This document shows positions 19,242 to 29,300 of a stretch of 64,000 nt of DNA, piece after piece. Both the position numbers and the translations under genes were made by a program. The stretch's first letter is position 1. Every line of letters begins with the position of its first letter. This DNA comes from a virus, in the IMG/VR virus record IMGVR_UViG_3300005673_000003, positions 1-64,000 of that record; one strand, given 5' to 3'. The notes beneath the pieces are model-generated. The model worked only from the letters and a program-made list of their open reading frames with translations, had not been told where the DNA came from and did no database searches.

Positions 19242-20545
19242 TGAGTCTCCGGGGGTTGAGGAGAACGCCCTCCCACGCCTGCGGAAGCAGGCAGAGTCTA
19301 ACTTGCATGATGAAACCTCCATGAGTTGTAGGACAAAAACTTGATATCTTCCGGTTTGGCGTTTTGGCAGAGCCGCTTACCAGTTTCCAGGGAATGCAGA
19401 CTGACGCGTCCCTTACTAGAACCGCCGATATAGACCGTTCCATACTTGGGGTACTTAGCAATGCCACCCCGCTTGAACCCCATCGATAATGTGCCGCCAT
19501 AAGGGGAGCGGATATGTCCCTTAGCGTGTTCAAGGCGGTGCAATTGCCGTCTGTGGAATCGCAGCGGAATAAACTCCATGACCGTTTGATTCTCTGGCTT
19601 AGGTTCACCACCCGCGACCAGATACGCTAGCACCCAGGAATCGACGCAATGAGCGTGAAAATCGGTAGATAGCTTATTTTTAAGCTTCTTTAATCCCAAC
19701 TCTTGACGGGTTTGATAGGTATGTTCAAACCCGTCAAACAGCTCCAGGGTTGCCAGCCTGCGGCACTCCGAATAAAACCACAGCTTCCCAACCTCCAGTG
19801 GGCTGAATGAAGTATTCCATCGTCTTGCACCCTTCCAAGTTCTAGCTTTCACATCCTCCACCGCTATGCGGGAAACAGGAAACAATTGCGCCAGGAATTT
19901 AATCAGCCGTAACTTTGCTTGCCATCTAGCTTTGGTGGAAGGAGGTAGAAATTCACCTCTGTCGTAGTTCTTTTTAGGGGAACGACAGGGTGTTTTACGG
20001 AATCTTCTAGCCCTCCGCATATTCGTGCTGACCTCCTCTGCGTCCTTGACCCAATCTACCGCATGGGACTGGATGTTGAAATAGGTATGGGCTTGAGACT
20101 TGACGGTGAACGCCTCGCGCTTGGAGCCTGGATCGACACCAATACAAATGGGTTGGAGGTGACGCGATGATGGTTCAATATTGAGTCGAATACACCATAC
20201 CCCTTTCTTCCAAAATGGAGTAGCTTTACCACTCTTAACCCACCTATCCGCCCGTTGGGGCTTAGTAGGCATTAGCGGTCGGTTATTGGAATCAAAAACT
20301 GGAACAAACTTTTGCATAGCGGTAAGCCTAAATATGTACATCCCTTCGTCTCTGACCAGCCAAACAATTCCAAATTAGGGAGGCGTTTGGTGCTTGTTAG
20401 GATGCCACTCCCACTGGTTCAGTTGTATCTCGAAGACCTAGACTAGACAACCTTTTAATTGCTTAGAACCATTAGCTTTGGTTCGATCCCGCTCGTAGAG
20501 CTGGACTATCCGCAAACCCCTAGCTTTAGCTACGGGGTGGCTGAC
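19242..20545 (-). mobile_element. Non-autonomous IS200/IS605-family IsrB (OMEGA) element
   Basis: End hairpins (GCCTGC-GGAA-GCAGGC ~19277-19292; CCCCTAGCT-TT-AGCTACGGGG ~20517-20537); TCAT on the left flank and CTGAC at the right end; no tnpA; ends ambiguous by about 4 nt (TGAG on both sides). Confidence 0.8.
19298..20341 (-). CDS. isrB: IsrB RNA-guided nickase (likely start MQKF at 20317)
   Basis: PLMP domain, RuvC-I GVDPG, RRARRFRK bridge helix, RuvC-II VEDV, RuvC-III HCVDS; ~340 aa and no HNH domain. Confidence 0.88.
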   Translation of the reverse strand: MYIFRLTAMQKFVPVFDSNNRPLMPTKPQRADRWVKSGKATPFWKKGVWCIRLNIEPSSRHLQPICIGVDPGSKREAFTVKSQAHTYFNIQSHAVDWVKDAEEVSTNMRRARRFRKTPCRSPKKNYDRGEFLPPSTKARWQAKLRLIKFLAQLFPVSRIAVEDVKARTWKGARRWNTSFSPLEVGKLWFYSECRRLATLELFDGFEHTYQTRQELGLKKLKNKLSTDFHAHCVDSWVLAYLVAGGEPKPENQTVMEFIPLRFHRRQLHRLEHAKGHIRSPYGGTLSMGFKRGGIAKYPKYGTVYIGGSSKGRVSLHSLETGKRLCQNAKPEDIKFLSYNSWRFHHAS

Positions 20546-20565
20546 TGAGCTACTTCCTTGATTTG
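20330..20565 (-). ncRNA. omegaRNA (5' guide from the flank plus scaffold)
   Basis: Structured non-coding region directly upstream of isrB starting GTCAGCCACCCC; guide predicted from 20565-20546; 3' end approximate. Confidence 0.72.
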
Positions 20566-20577
20566 ATTGATTATCGC

Positions 20578-20634
20578 CTTACATCATCATTATGTCTCAT
20601 GATGGGGGAAAGGCGTATCCGTATTTCTACTCAT
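20578..20634 (-). promoter_or_regulatory. Bipartite phage promoter, copy 3 (points into the omegaRNA)
   Basis: Operator 20617-20634 (imperfect), 18 nt, GAGACATAATGATGATGTAAG on the minus strand. Confidence 0.78.
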
Positions 20635-20646
20635 CTTGCAAAAGTA

Positions 20647-20676
20647 TTGACAATTTTCTGGGGTATCAGCTATAAA
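20647..20676 (+). promoter_or_regulatory. Divergent sigma70-type promoter
   Basis: TTGACA-N18-TATAAA followed by TGTAAG and the 12-mer at 20687. Confidence 0.65.
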
Positions 20677-20713
20677 TGTAAGCAGCAATCAATCAATTCT
20701 CTCGGAGGTAGAT

Positions 20714-21112
20714 ATGGTAACGATTCAAGGGATTCAGCAAGCGCTCGATATTATCGCTCTTCTGCCGATTGGGGCAGCATTCGCCCTCTTTGGGTGCCAC
20801 ATGGTCAACTGCTGGAATCGAGCGGGTCAGGTACAGGTAGCCCAGGTTGCGCTCATGCCGGAGCAGGAAGATAGCGATAATTTGGCAGATGAAGCGGAAG
20901 CATTGACCCAGCAATGGGCAGCGATGGCAATGGAGTCAGCAGAAGCTACCCTGACGGTCGAGATCAAACAGGAGGCTATCAGCTACGACGATATGAATAT
21001 CACTCAGCTACGGAAGGAGTGCAAGTCTTTGGGGATTTGCTGGAAGGATGCTCATGGCAAAGGGAAGCATCTGAAGCGTGCCGAAATCCTAGAGGCGATC
21101 GCTGCTATCTAA
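20714..21112 (+). CDS. Membrane-anchored protein with C-terminal SAP/Rho-N-like domain
   Basis: N-terminal hydrophobic helix; YDDMNITQLRKECKSLGI...KRAEILEAI. Confidence 0.65.
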   Translation: MVTIQGIQQALDIIALLPIGAAFALFGCHMVNCWNRAGQVQVAQVALMPEQEDSDNLADEAEALTQQWAAMAMESAEATLTVEIKQEAISYDDMNITQLRKECKSLGICWKDAHGKGKHLKRAEILEAIAAI

Positions 21113-21331
21113 TCTAATCCTGGGAGGGGTTACCGCGCTCCTCCCAGTCAATCAATCAGTTCAATCGGAGGCGTTATGAACTACCAGCACTACTATGCCC
21201 AAATTCAATATCAGCAACGAATCATTCACGAACAGGGGAGAATCCCGCCCGAAATCGAAGTATTGATAGCAGTACAGAAGTACAGAATGAACCAAGCAAT
21301 CATCAAATCGTGAATTCGGGGAATCAATCGA

Positions 21332-21832
21332 TTGACGGGGAACCCAGCAATGCTGAATAGGAAAGATGAGGAAGCGGTGCCGCGAGTGGTTTACGTTTGG
21401 CAATGGGAGCAATGGTGGAGCATCCCAATTGATGCTTGGCTGGAGCTAGCATTGGAGCCAAAGTATTACAACCTGGATGAGATGGGGAAGCGAATCAAAC
21501 CGCCTTACAAAGCGGTTTGGAACGCTGGCTCTAAGGATTCCAGTCAAATCTCACCCAGGCCCGGAGTACTGATTGCAGTCATGCCGTGTGATTGGTCGGA
21601 GGATGACTGGAGGCTGCAAGCGGAGGAGCTATTGAAGCTGAATCAGGAGCTACTGCAGAGCTTCTTAGATGCCCTGGCAGAGCAAGGGAGCACCCGTAAG
21701 GCAGCGGCAGCGCTGGGATGCTCCCATGAGCTAATCAGCAAGCGGTTCCGCTTGCTGCCGGATAATCACCCATTAAAGGAGCGCTATCAAAAGTTTCAGG
21801 GGAAGCCAGGGAGGAAGAAAAAGAGCGATTGA
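21332..21832 (+). CDS. Hypothetical protein with C-terminal HTH
   Basis: GSTRKAAAALGCSHELISKR. Confidence 0.6.
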   Translation: MTGNPAMLNRKDEEAVPRVVYVWQWEQWWSIPIDAWLELALEPKYYNLDEMGKRIKPPYKAVWNAGSKDSSQISPRPGVLIAVMPCDWSEDDWRLQAEELLKLNQELLQSFLDALAEQGSTRKAAAALGCSHELISKRFRLLPDNHPLKERYQKFQGKPGRKKKSD

Positions 21833-22151
21833 GCCTGCTCTCAGAAATCAATTGATTAACTAAATCCTCCAGAATTGCAACTCTTTGCTTAAGGGTTGCA
21901 ACTTCCGTTTCCAGGGAGCCGGACTCCTCTCTCAGGAACGCTGCGATCGTCTGACGATCATCTTTCGCTAGCATCCTATCAAGCCTATCTAATCTGTCAC
22001 GCTGCTTCTCCGTGATATAGGATTGCCGTCCTATCCGTACAGGCTTGATGCCTATGTCACGCATTCTTCTCCAAACGCCGCTTCTAGCTACCTTGTAGCG
22101 TCTTACCAGGGTTGTAACTGCAACTATCGGCTCATCAGGCGAATCAGTCAT
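21735..22151 (-). CDS. Excisionase/MerR-like HTH protein with coiled coil
   Basis: VTTLVRRYKVARSGVWRRMRDIGI...SYITEKQ. Confidence 0.55.
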   Translation of the reverse strand: MTDSPDEPIVAVTTLVRRYKVARSGVWRRMRDIGIKPVRIGRQSYITEKQRDRLDRLDRMLAKDDRQTIAAFLREESGSLETEVATLKQRVAILEDLVNQLISESRLNRSFSSSLASPETFDSAPLMGDYPAASGTAC

Positions 22152-22169
22152 ACGTCCTATCTGTGCAGG

Positions 22170-22829
22170 TCAATAACCCGATAATAGCTCAGCAGCTAGC
22201 GCTTCTACTACCAGGCCCCAGGCTATCTCGTCATCTTCTGGTAGCGGCTCTCCCCGAACCTCCTCGACCTTGAGGCGTGCCCGTTGGATTGTTGCCATTG
22301 CGCCGATGGGGATTTTGAGCTTAAGAGTTACCCACTTTTCGCTGGAGGAGTCGCGCCTGCGTTTACCCTTCGGTTGCTGCTCTGCTGAGCGAGATTGTTC
22401 GATTAAGGCTAGCAGTTCATTCTCTGGGATTGGCATAGTTGAGGCCACCTGATTCAATCCAACCTCAAGCTCAATCTCCCCCAGCAGTTGCATTAAGTCA
22501 TTTTGGGCTGCTTCCCCATGAGTTGAGTTCATGACGATAGAGAGATGCTTTGCTTCGGCATCGCTTAGCCCATGAATGATGTTGGCGTACACATCACCCG
22601 ATAACTCCCTGGCCCGATGTTCTCCTGAGAGTATCTGGTAGAAGCCAGGGAGTAAGGGATGATGTCTAACCAGTAACTCTTCCACCTGTCCAAAGAATCC
22701 AAGGGAGCCAGCGATCGCCCGTTGCTGGATTTCGTCGGTTTGCTGGATATTCCAGGGGTTTGGCACCAGCTTATCAACTGGTACTAAAACCGCTCTCTCA
22801 ATCCGAAAGTGACTCCCTAAAGGCTCCAT
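22170..22829 (-). CDS. ParB/Srx N-terminal domain protein
   Basis: VPVDKLVPNPWN...FGQVEELLVR...YQILSGEHR. Confidence 0.8.
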   Translation of the reverse strand: MEPLGSHFRIERAVLVPVDKLVPNPWNIQQTDEIQQRAIAGSLGFFGQVEELLVRHHPLLPGFYQILSGEHRARELSGDVYANIIHGLSDAEAKHLSIVMNSTHGEAAQNDLMQLLGEIELEVGLNQVASTMPIPENELLALIEQSRSAEQQPKGKRRRDSSSEKWVTLKLKIPIGAMATIQRARLKVEEVRGEPLPEDDEIAWGLVVEALAAELLSGY

Positions 22830-22831
22830 GA

Positions 22832-23314
22832 TTAGGCAGCTACCACCCCAGAGCTTTCTCCCAGATGCTTTTCAATTTCGTAGCGACTGAAGCCCGACAT
22901 TTTCTTGATTCGGTAAAACAGGTGATCATAATACTGCTCCAGCCTGATTCGCGATTGCACCAGGGAGTCAATCAGGTAGGCTGGCTGATCCGCATCATGA
23001 GCATCGTTAATCAATCGATTCAAGGTATGACGATGTTTCCAGGCATCTATCAGGCATTTAGCTTCCGAGTTGCTCTGAAAGTAATCCGAAATATCGCTAA
23101 TCGGGGCAGTACTAAAATAATCGGCAGAAGGGATCCCGTACTGATAAGCTAGAGCCTTGATTTTTTCGATCGTAATCCCTGCTGCGATGCCAAGCTGTAC
23201 TGCGCTCTCATTCATCCGAGTGGCACAACGATTCATCTCCTCTATCTGTTCAGGCGCAATATTGAGCAATCCTAAGTTTTCAGATGCATTAATCGATTGA
23301 TTATTTGATGTCAT
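22832..23314 (-). CDS. Hypothetical protein
   Basis: In operon after the tape measure gene; AGGT RBS. Confidence 0.6.
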   Translation of the reverse strand: MTSNNQSINASENLGLLNIAPEQIEEMNRCATRMNESAVQLGIAAGITIEKIKALAYQYGIPSADYFSTAPISDISDYFQSNSEAKCLIDAWKHRHTLNRLINDAHDADQPAYLIDSLVQSRIRLEQYYDHLFYRIKKMSGFSRYEIEKHLGESSGVVAA

Positions 23315-23343
23315 TTCGTATTACCTAGCGAGTTTTTTTAACT

Positions 23344-26300
23344 TTACCGCGTCCGTTCAACTTCTGACCTTAAGATGTCTACGATCGCTCGTTTTAATTG
23401 CGGTTCAATCATATCCAAAAATTCCATTGCCGATGCTCTGATTGATTGCTGGCTATCCTGTCCTCCCTCGATATTGATATTAATATCTCCAAAATTGATT
23501 TGAATGGGTGGCAGCTCTGCTCCCCCTATAGATGCGCCAGCAGGAGCGAGGACGGGCTGAGGGATGGGGATTGGGATTGGCGGGAGCATCTGCAGGAGCG
23601 AGGTAGCTCCAGAATTCATCTGCTCCAAAATCGGGGCAAATAGGCGAGAAGCGGCAGGATTGACCACATACTCGCCAGGGGTAAGCATTGCTGGCACGCT
23701 ATCTGTCTTACCAGAACCTGCAACCAAGCCCCCTACTGCAAACTTCTGGACTGGGGTTTCTGGATTAGTATTCCCTCCACCGAATAGCGCTCCAACGACA
23801 GGTAGATTCGCGGCAAACTGCCCAATATTGGCAACTGCGCTGACAATACCCTGCACGATATTAGCGATTAATTGGAATGGAGCAACCAAGCCCTCAACCA
23901 CCGGGGTCAGCACGAACGAGACTGCATCTGCAACAAATCCAATTACATTGAAGATGCCCTCTAGCACCCAAGCAACCAATTTTAAGGGGCCGAGCAGGGC
24001 ATTAGTAATCGCCCCAGCAATGCCGATGAAGACCTGGCCCAATCCACCATCGCCCTGGCCGCCAAATAAAGGAGCTAGAGCATTCATAAGAGCCTGCCCG
24101 ACTCTTATGACCGGAGCAATGATGCGGCCAATTGCAGCTCCTATCCGGTTGATCATAGAGTTGAATGATTGCCAAACCTCATTAGCAATCCCCATAACTG
24201 ACCCAATGAAGTTGCCGATGATGGCATTGATCACCCCAAAGACTCCATCAACCAGAGTCCTGATGCCCAGGAAGTTATTTTGGAATCCCTGATAGAGAAG
24301 ATAGATTGCACCAGCAACCAATCCTATTCCCGCGATAAAGGGAAGCATCGGCCCGGTGATTGCGGCCCAGGCTACAGAAGCGATGGATCCCAATGCGGCA
24401 AAGCCAGCGCTGACGATTCCAGTGATACCTCCCATCGCTGCAAGCCCAGATACTAGAGCAGGGATTGCCCCAGCTAAGCTGATCACACTGGAAAATACCA
24501 TGCTGATGGTTCCCAGTAGTCCTCCCAAGGCAGGGTTAACCACGCTTACCAGACTGGTAATCGCATTCGCGGCTTGTCCTACTGCTCCCCTGGCTTGCTC
24601 TTCAGAATTTTGGAAATCTAAATTTTTAGAATTCTGAACTTCTGGAGGTTGAGCAGGGGTAGCCGCTGCTTCTACACCCGTTGCAATGGGAGGAGCGTTC
24701 TTTTTGAATAATCGATTGATTAGTGACGGCTTAGGCTGTTTAGAGTTGAGTTCGGAATCAAACTCAGCCATTGTTACGCCTTCAGGGACGGTGCCTACTT
24801 TTCCAGTGACAACGTTAGCGGCTCCCCTGACAAATTTGCCAACCGGAGAGCTGGAGATCGCTTCTCCAATCCCCCTGATTTTCGCTTCTATTGCCTCCAG
24901 CATTCTGACAAAGCTTTCCCATGCCTGCTTGGGTCGCTGGAGCGACAAACCGATAGCTCCAGCGACTGTATTAATGACCTGGCCGAGGGCTTGGAACATC
25001 CCCTGCACTGCTCTGGTAGCCCCGCTAAAAACAGCTCTCATGATGCTGGCAGTACCATCAAAGACTTGCCCGAATCCCATAAAGATTTGAGCGATCGCAT
25101 CCCTCATTCCCTGGAAATCGAGTCGCACCAGCGAAACGAGGGTTTGAAGGGTGCCGCGAATCACATCAGACACGCCCAAGACAATCTGAGCTAACCCTTC
25201 AAAGGCTCCCGAAATCGCCAGCATGACTCCGATGAAGATAGAGCGCAGGCCCAAGAAGTTTCGCGATACCAGATAGATGGCAACACCCACACCAGCCAAT
25301 AGCAAGATCACCGGAGAGAAGGAGAACAGAGCGGAAGCTCCGAATGCGAGGACAGACCAAATTAGATTATTGAGTGCTTTGCCTACGGTATCGGTTAGCA
25401 CGCTGCCGATTGCTGAGAAGGTTCCAGTCAATTTATTTTCGGAGGCCGCAATATTGCCAAAGAAGTTTTTGAAGCTGGTATAGATACCACCGAAAGAGGC
25501 ATCCCAGGCCGCATGAACATTTGCCATGACTGGATGCAGAGCGCTCGACATTGCACCTTCGACAGATGAAGCAACGCCGCTAAATAGCCCGGTCAGAATA
25601 TTTCCGCTCTTTGCCGCATTAGATACCAAATTGACAAAGCCCCCACCAATTTGATGGATTGCCTTATCCCAGGCAATTGGTATCCAGACCGTCGGTGAGT
25701 GATTTAAGGCGTTAATCAACCCTTGCCCTGCCTGTACACCCATTCCAACTAATCCACCCATCAATCCACCAAACCAATCGCCAAACCCCTGCCATGCCCC
25801 CTGGATGAGCTGAGCAGCGAAGGAAAGGGTATTAGCAACCCCTGACGCTATCCCTTGCAGGATATTTAAGGGATTCAGGATGAAGGTGATGGCATTAAAG
25901 AGCGTCCCGAATACTCCGGTTGTAAATTCGATAGCAGTGCGGATACCCAGGAAATTGGTTTTGAAGATCAGCGCTCCCACTGCAACCGCTGCCCCTACTG
26001 CCGCAATGATAGGTAGAGCAGGGAGTAACGCTGTTCCAATTGCAGCTCCCACGCTCATCAATGGGGGGATCATGCTGAGCATACTGGCTCTGACGATAGG
26101 AGCCAGCTTAATCAAGAGGGTGAAGCCCTGCCCTGCCAGGGAGCTAAGCAATCTTCCAGCGCTGGCGATAAATGGAGTAATTGCCCCGAATGCTGTTTTC
26201 AATCCTGGGAGCGATTGCATTAACCCTTCTACGCTACTGGTGAGTGCGGCGAAGCCCATGATGGGTGCAGCGAATTGAGGGGCGATGACGCTCAGTACAC

Positions 26301-29300
26301 CTCCCATCGAATTAGACATATTGCTGGCAGTGCTTAGCGCTTGCGAGTGGATAGCATTCAGCTTTTTCAAATTCTCTTGCTGAGAAGGCAGCTTAGGAGC
26401 CTGAGCAGGTTTGACTGGGGAAGCTACAGGAGCAGCATGAATTGATTGATTTACAGGGGCAGCAATTGCTTTCTTGGTGCCGCCCATTATCTTTTCTGTG
26501 TCGATACCAATGCCTTTCAGGATGCCACCGATGGTTGTTCGCATCCCAGCAAATACTCCCTCGACTGTTTGAGCCAGGGAGGAAAGGGCAGATTTAATGC
26601 CATTAAAAATCAGCTTAGCCCCCTGCTCGATCCGCTCAAAATCGAGAGTGATAGCTCCAGCGAGGATACTAAAAGCACCTTTGATCATCTCTGCAACAGA
26701 AGCAGCGATTTGCAGGATTCCTCGGAAGACTGCGAACCCAGCTTGACCAATTCCAATTAGAGCGGTACGAATGCCCAGAAAATTAGTGGCGATCGCCACC
26801 CCTGCCAGTACTACCCCTCCCATGATTGCCAGGAATGGAAGCAGCGCTGTAGAAGCAGTTACTCCAAAGAATACGGCTCCCGCTCCTGCTGTAAAGAACT
26901 GCTGGGTTGCTTTGCCGATTACATCGATCAGGGAGCCAATCCCAGAGATCACAATATCGATACCCTTGGATAATCCCTGGCTAATCAATGGGCCAGCCGC
27001 GCCCAGGACTCCGGTTAACTTGCCTCCAGTTTGAGCGCCAGCATCAACCAGGGAGGTAAGACCTCCTCCAATCTTCTGGACAGCCTCTGACCAGGCAATC
27101 GGAATGCGAACCGTTGGCGAGTGATTTAAGGCGTTGATCAGCCCCTGCCCAGCTTCTGCACCCATGCCAACCAATCCACCCATCAGATTACCAAAGAATC
27201 CAGCGAACCCTTCCCAAGCTCCTTGGATCATTTGAGCGGCAGAGGTAAGCGCGAAGGCGATGCCCGATGCTATCCCTTGCAGGATATTTAGAGGATTCAG
27301 TACAAAAGTGACGGCATTGAAGAGTATCCCGAATATCTTAGCGGTCAATTCGACTGCACTACGGATTCCCAGGAAATTGGTCTTGAAAACCAGGGTGGTA
27401 ATAGCAACCGCTGCTCCCACTGCGGCAATCACTGGAAGGATAGGCATTAGCGCTCCAACTACCGCTGCACCCATGCTCATGAGTGGGGGAATCATGCTGA
27501 TGACGCTAGCTCTCAAGATGGGAGCATAGCGGATCAATGCTCCAAACCCCTGGACTGCCAATTTACTCATCAATTGAGCAGTGCTGGAGAGCGTTGGCAG
27601 GATAGCTCCGAATGCGGTTTTAATGCCGGGAATCGAGGTAATCAATCCCTCGATATTGGAGGTAATAGCCGCGAATCCAGCGAGGGGAGCGGCGAATTGG
27701 GGAGCCACCATGCCCAGCATTCCCGCTAGCGAGTTTGATAGATTGCTGGCACTATTGAGCGCTTCTGAATGCAGTGCTTTGATCTTGGCTTGATGATCTA
27801 TGCCTTGAGCGATCGCTGGCTTCTTCTCTGCACTTTGTACCGGAGTAGGAGCAATAATCGATTGATTTTTAGCCTGCACTTTACCGAGTAGTTTATCAGT
27901 GTCCAAGCCAATTCCTTTGAGGATGCCGCCGATAGCAGTTCGCATTCCCCGGAAGATTCCCTGAATGGTTTCAGCAAAGGCTGAGAGTGTATTCTGTAAG
28001 CCAGAGAAGACGAGTTTTACACCCTGCTCGACTCGCTCAAAATCGAGGGTGATTGCACCAGCGAGGATACTAAAAGCACCCTGGATAAACTCGACCGCAG
28101 ACATTGCGACTCTGAGAATACCTTGGAAAACAGAAACACCTGCCTGCCCAATCCCGACGATCACGGTACGCAGGCCCAGGAAGTTGGTAGCCAGCGCAAT
28201 CGCTCCCAGTACTGCTCCTCCCAGGATTAATGTAAAGGGTAGAAATGCAGTGCTAGCAGTGATACCGAATAGGATTGCACCCAATCCAGCTACCGAGAAC
28301 TGATGCTGTACCCCTCCGATGGCATTCGATAGAGACTGGATGCCTGCACCCATTAAATCCCCACCTTGCTTAACAGATCCCATCAGATTCCCCATCAGGG
28401 AAGCACCCACCGATTGAATGCTGTCAAATTTGCCAATCAGCCAATCAGCAAATCCCGTCCACGCTGCTTTTAAGGGCTGAGGAGATAGTTCTGCTATTGG
28501 AGGGGTAACGGGCTGTACAACGGGCTTAATGACGGGCTGGATAACTTGCTCTACAACTGGCTGAGCAACGGGAGCCGCTGCAACCGGAGTAATGACTGGA
28601 GCGGGAGCAGCGGCAACAGTAGGAGCGGTGGGAGCAATCGGAGCAGGCACCATTGGAGCAATGGGAGCGGGAGTAGTAACCTGCTCGACTGGGGGAGCGG
28701 ATGGGGAAGCTTTTTCTGCTGGCTTGCCGGGAATAAGTTTGGTGATTCCAGAGATTACCTGCCCTGCCTTTTGGAATGGGCTAATTAAGAAGGTGGAGAT
28801 GGTTGCTCCAATTTGGGCGATCGCTTGCTGGACAGCCTGCACCCCTTGCAATAAGAATCCGATGAGTGATAGCGCTGCTCCGAATGGGGAGGTGATAGTA
28901 CGAGCTGCCGCGCTTACTCCCTGCCATGCAATTGACAAGAGGTTGATTGGATTAATCAGTCTGAAGATAACTCCTCCGACCAGGCCCAGGAGATTAAACA
29001 ATCCTCCCACTACCACTCTGATTCCCTGAAAATTATTTCTAAATGCCAAATACAGCACGCCGGAAGCTAATGCAATGCCAGCAATAATAGGCAAGAACGG
29101 CATCATCGCTGCCATCATTGGGGCCATCGCTGAGATAGCGCTGGTTGCCAGTGTGATCAAACTCCCCCGCAAGCTTCCAATCATCCCGATCACTGCCGGG
29201 AGTTGGCCCTTAAGAGCGATCGCCTGTCGGGTAAGAATTTGGAAACCCCCCTTAGCAGCGGTCACGCCAATTTGGGCGACACTACCAGCAATCTGCTGGC

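Noticed and set aside
19298-20341. IscB, TnpB or Cas9 call
   Set aside because: The PLMP domain excludes TnpB; lack of HNH and the ~340-aa size indicate IsrB
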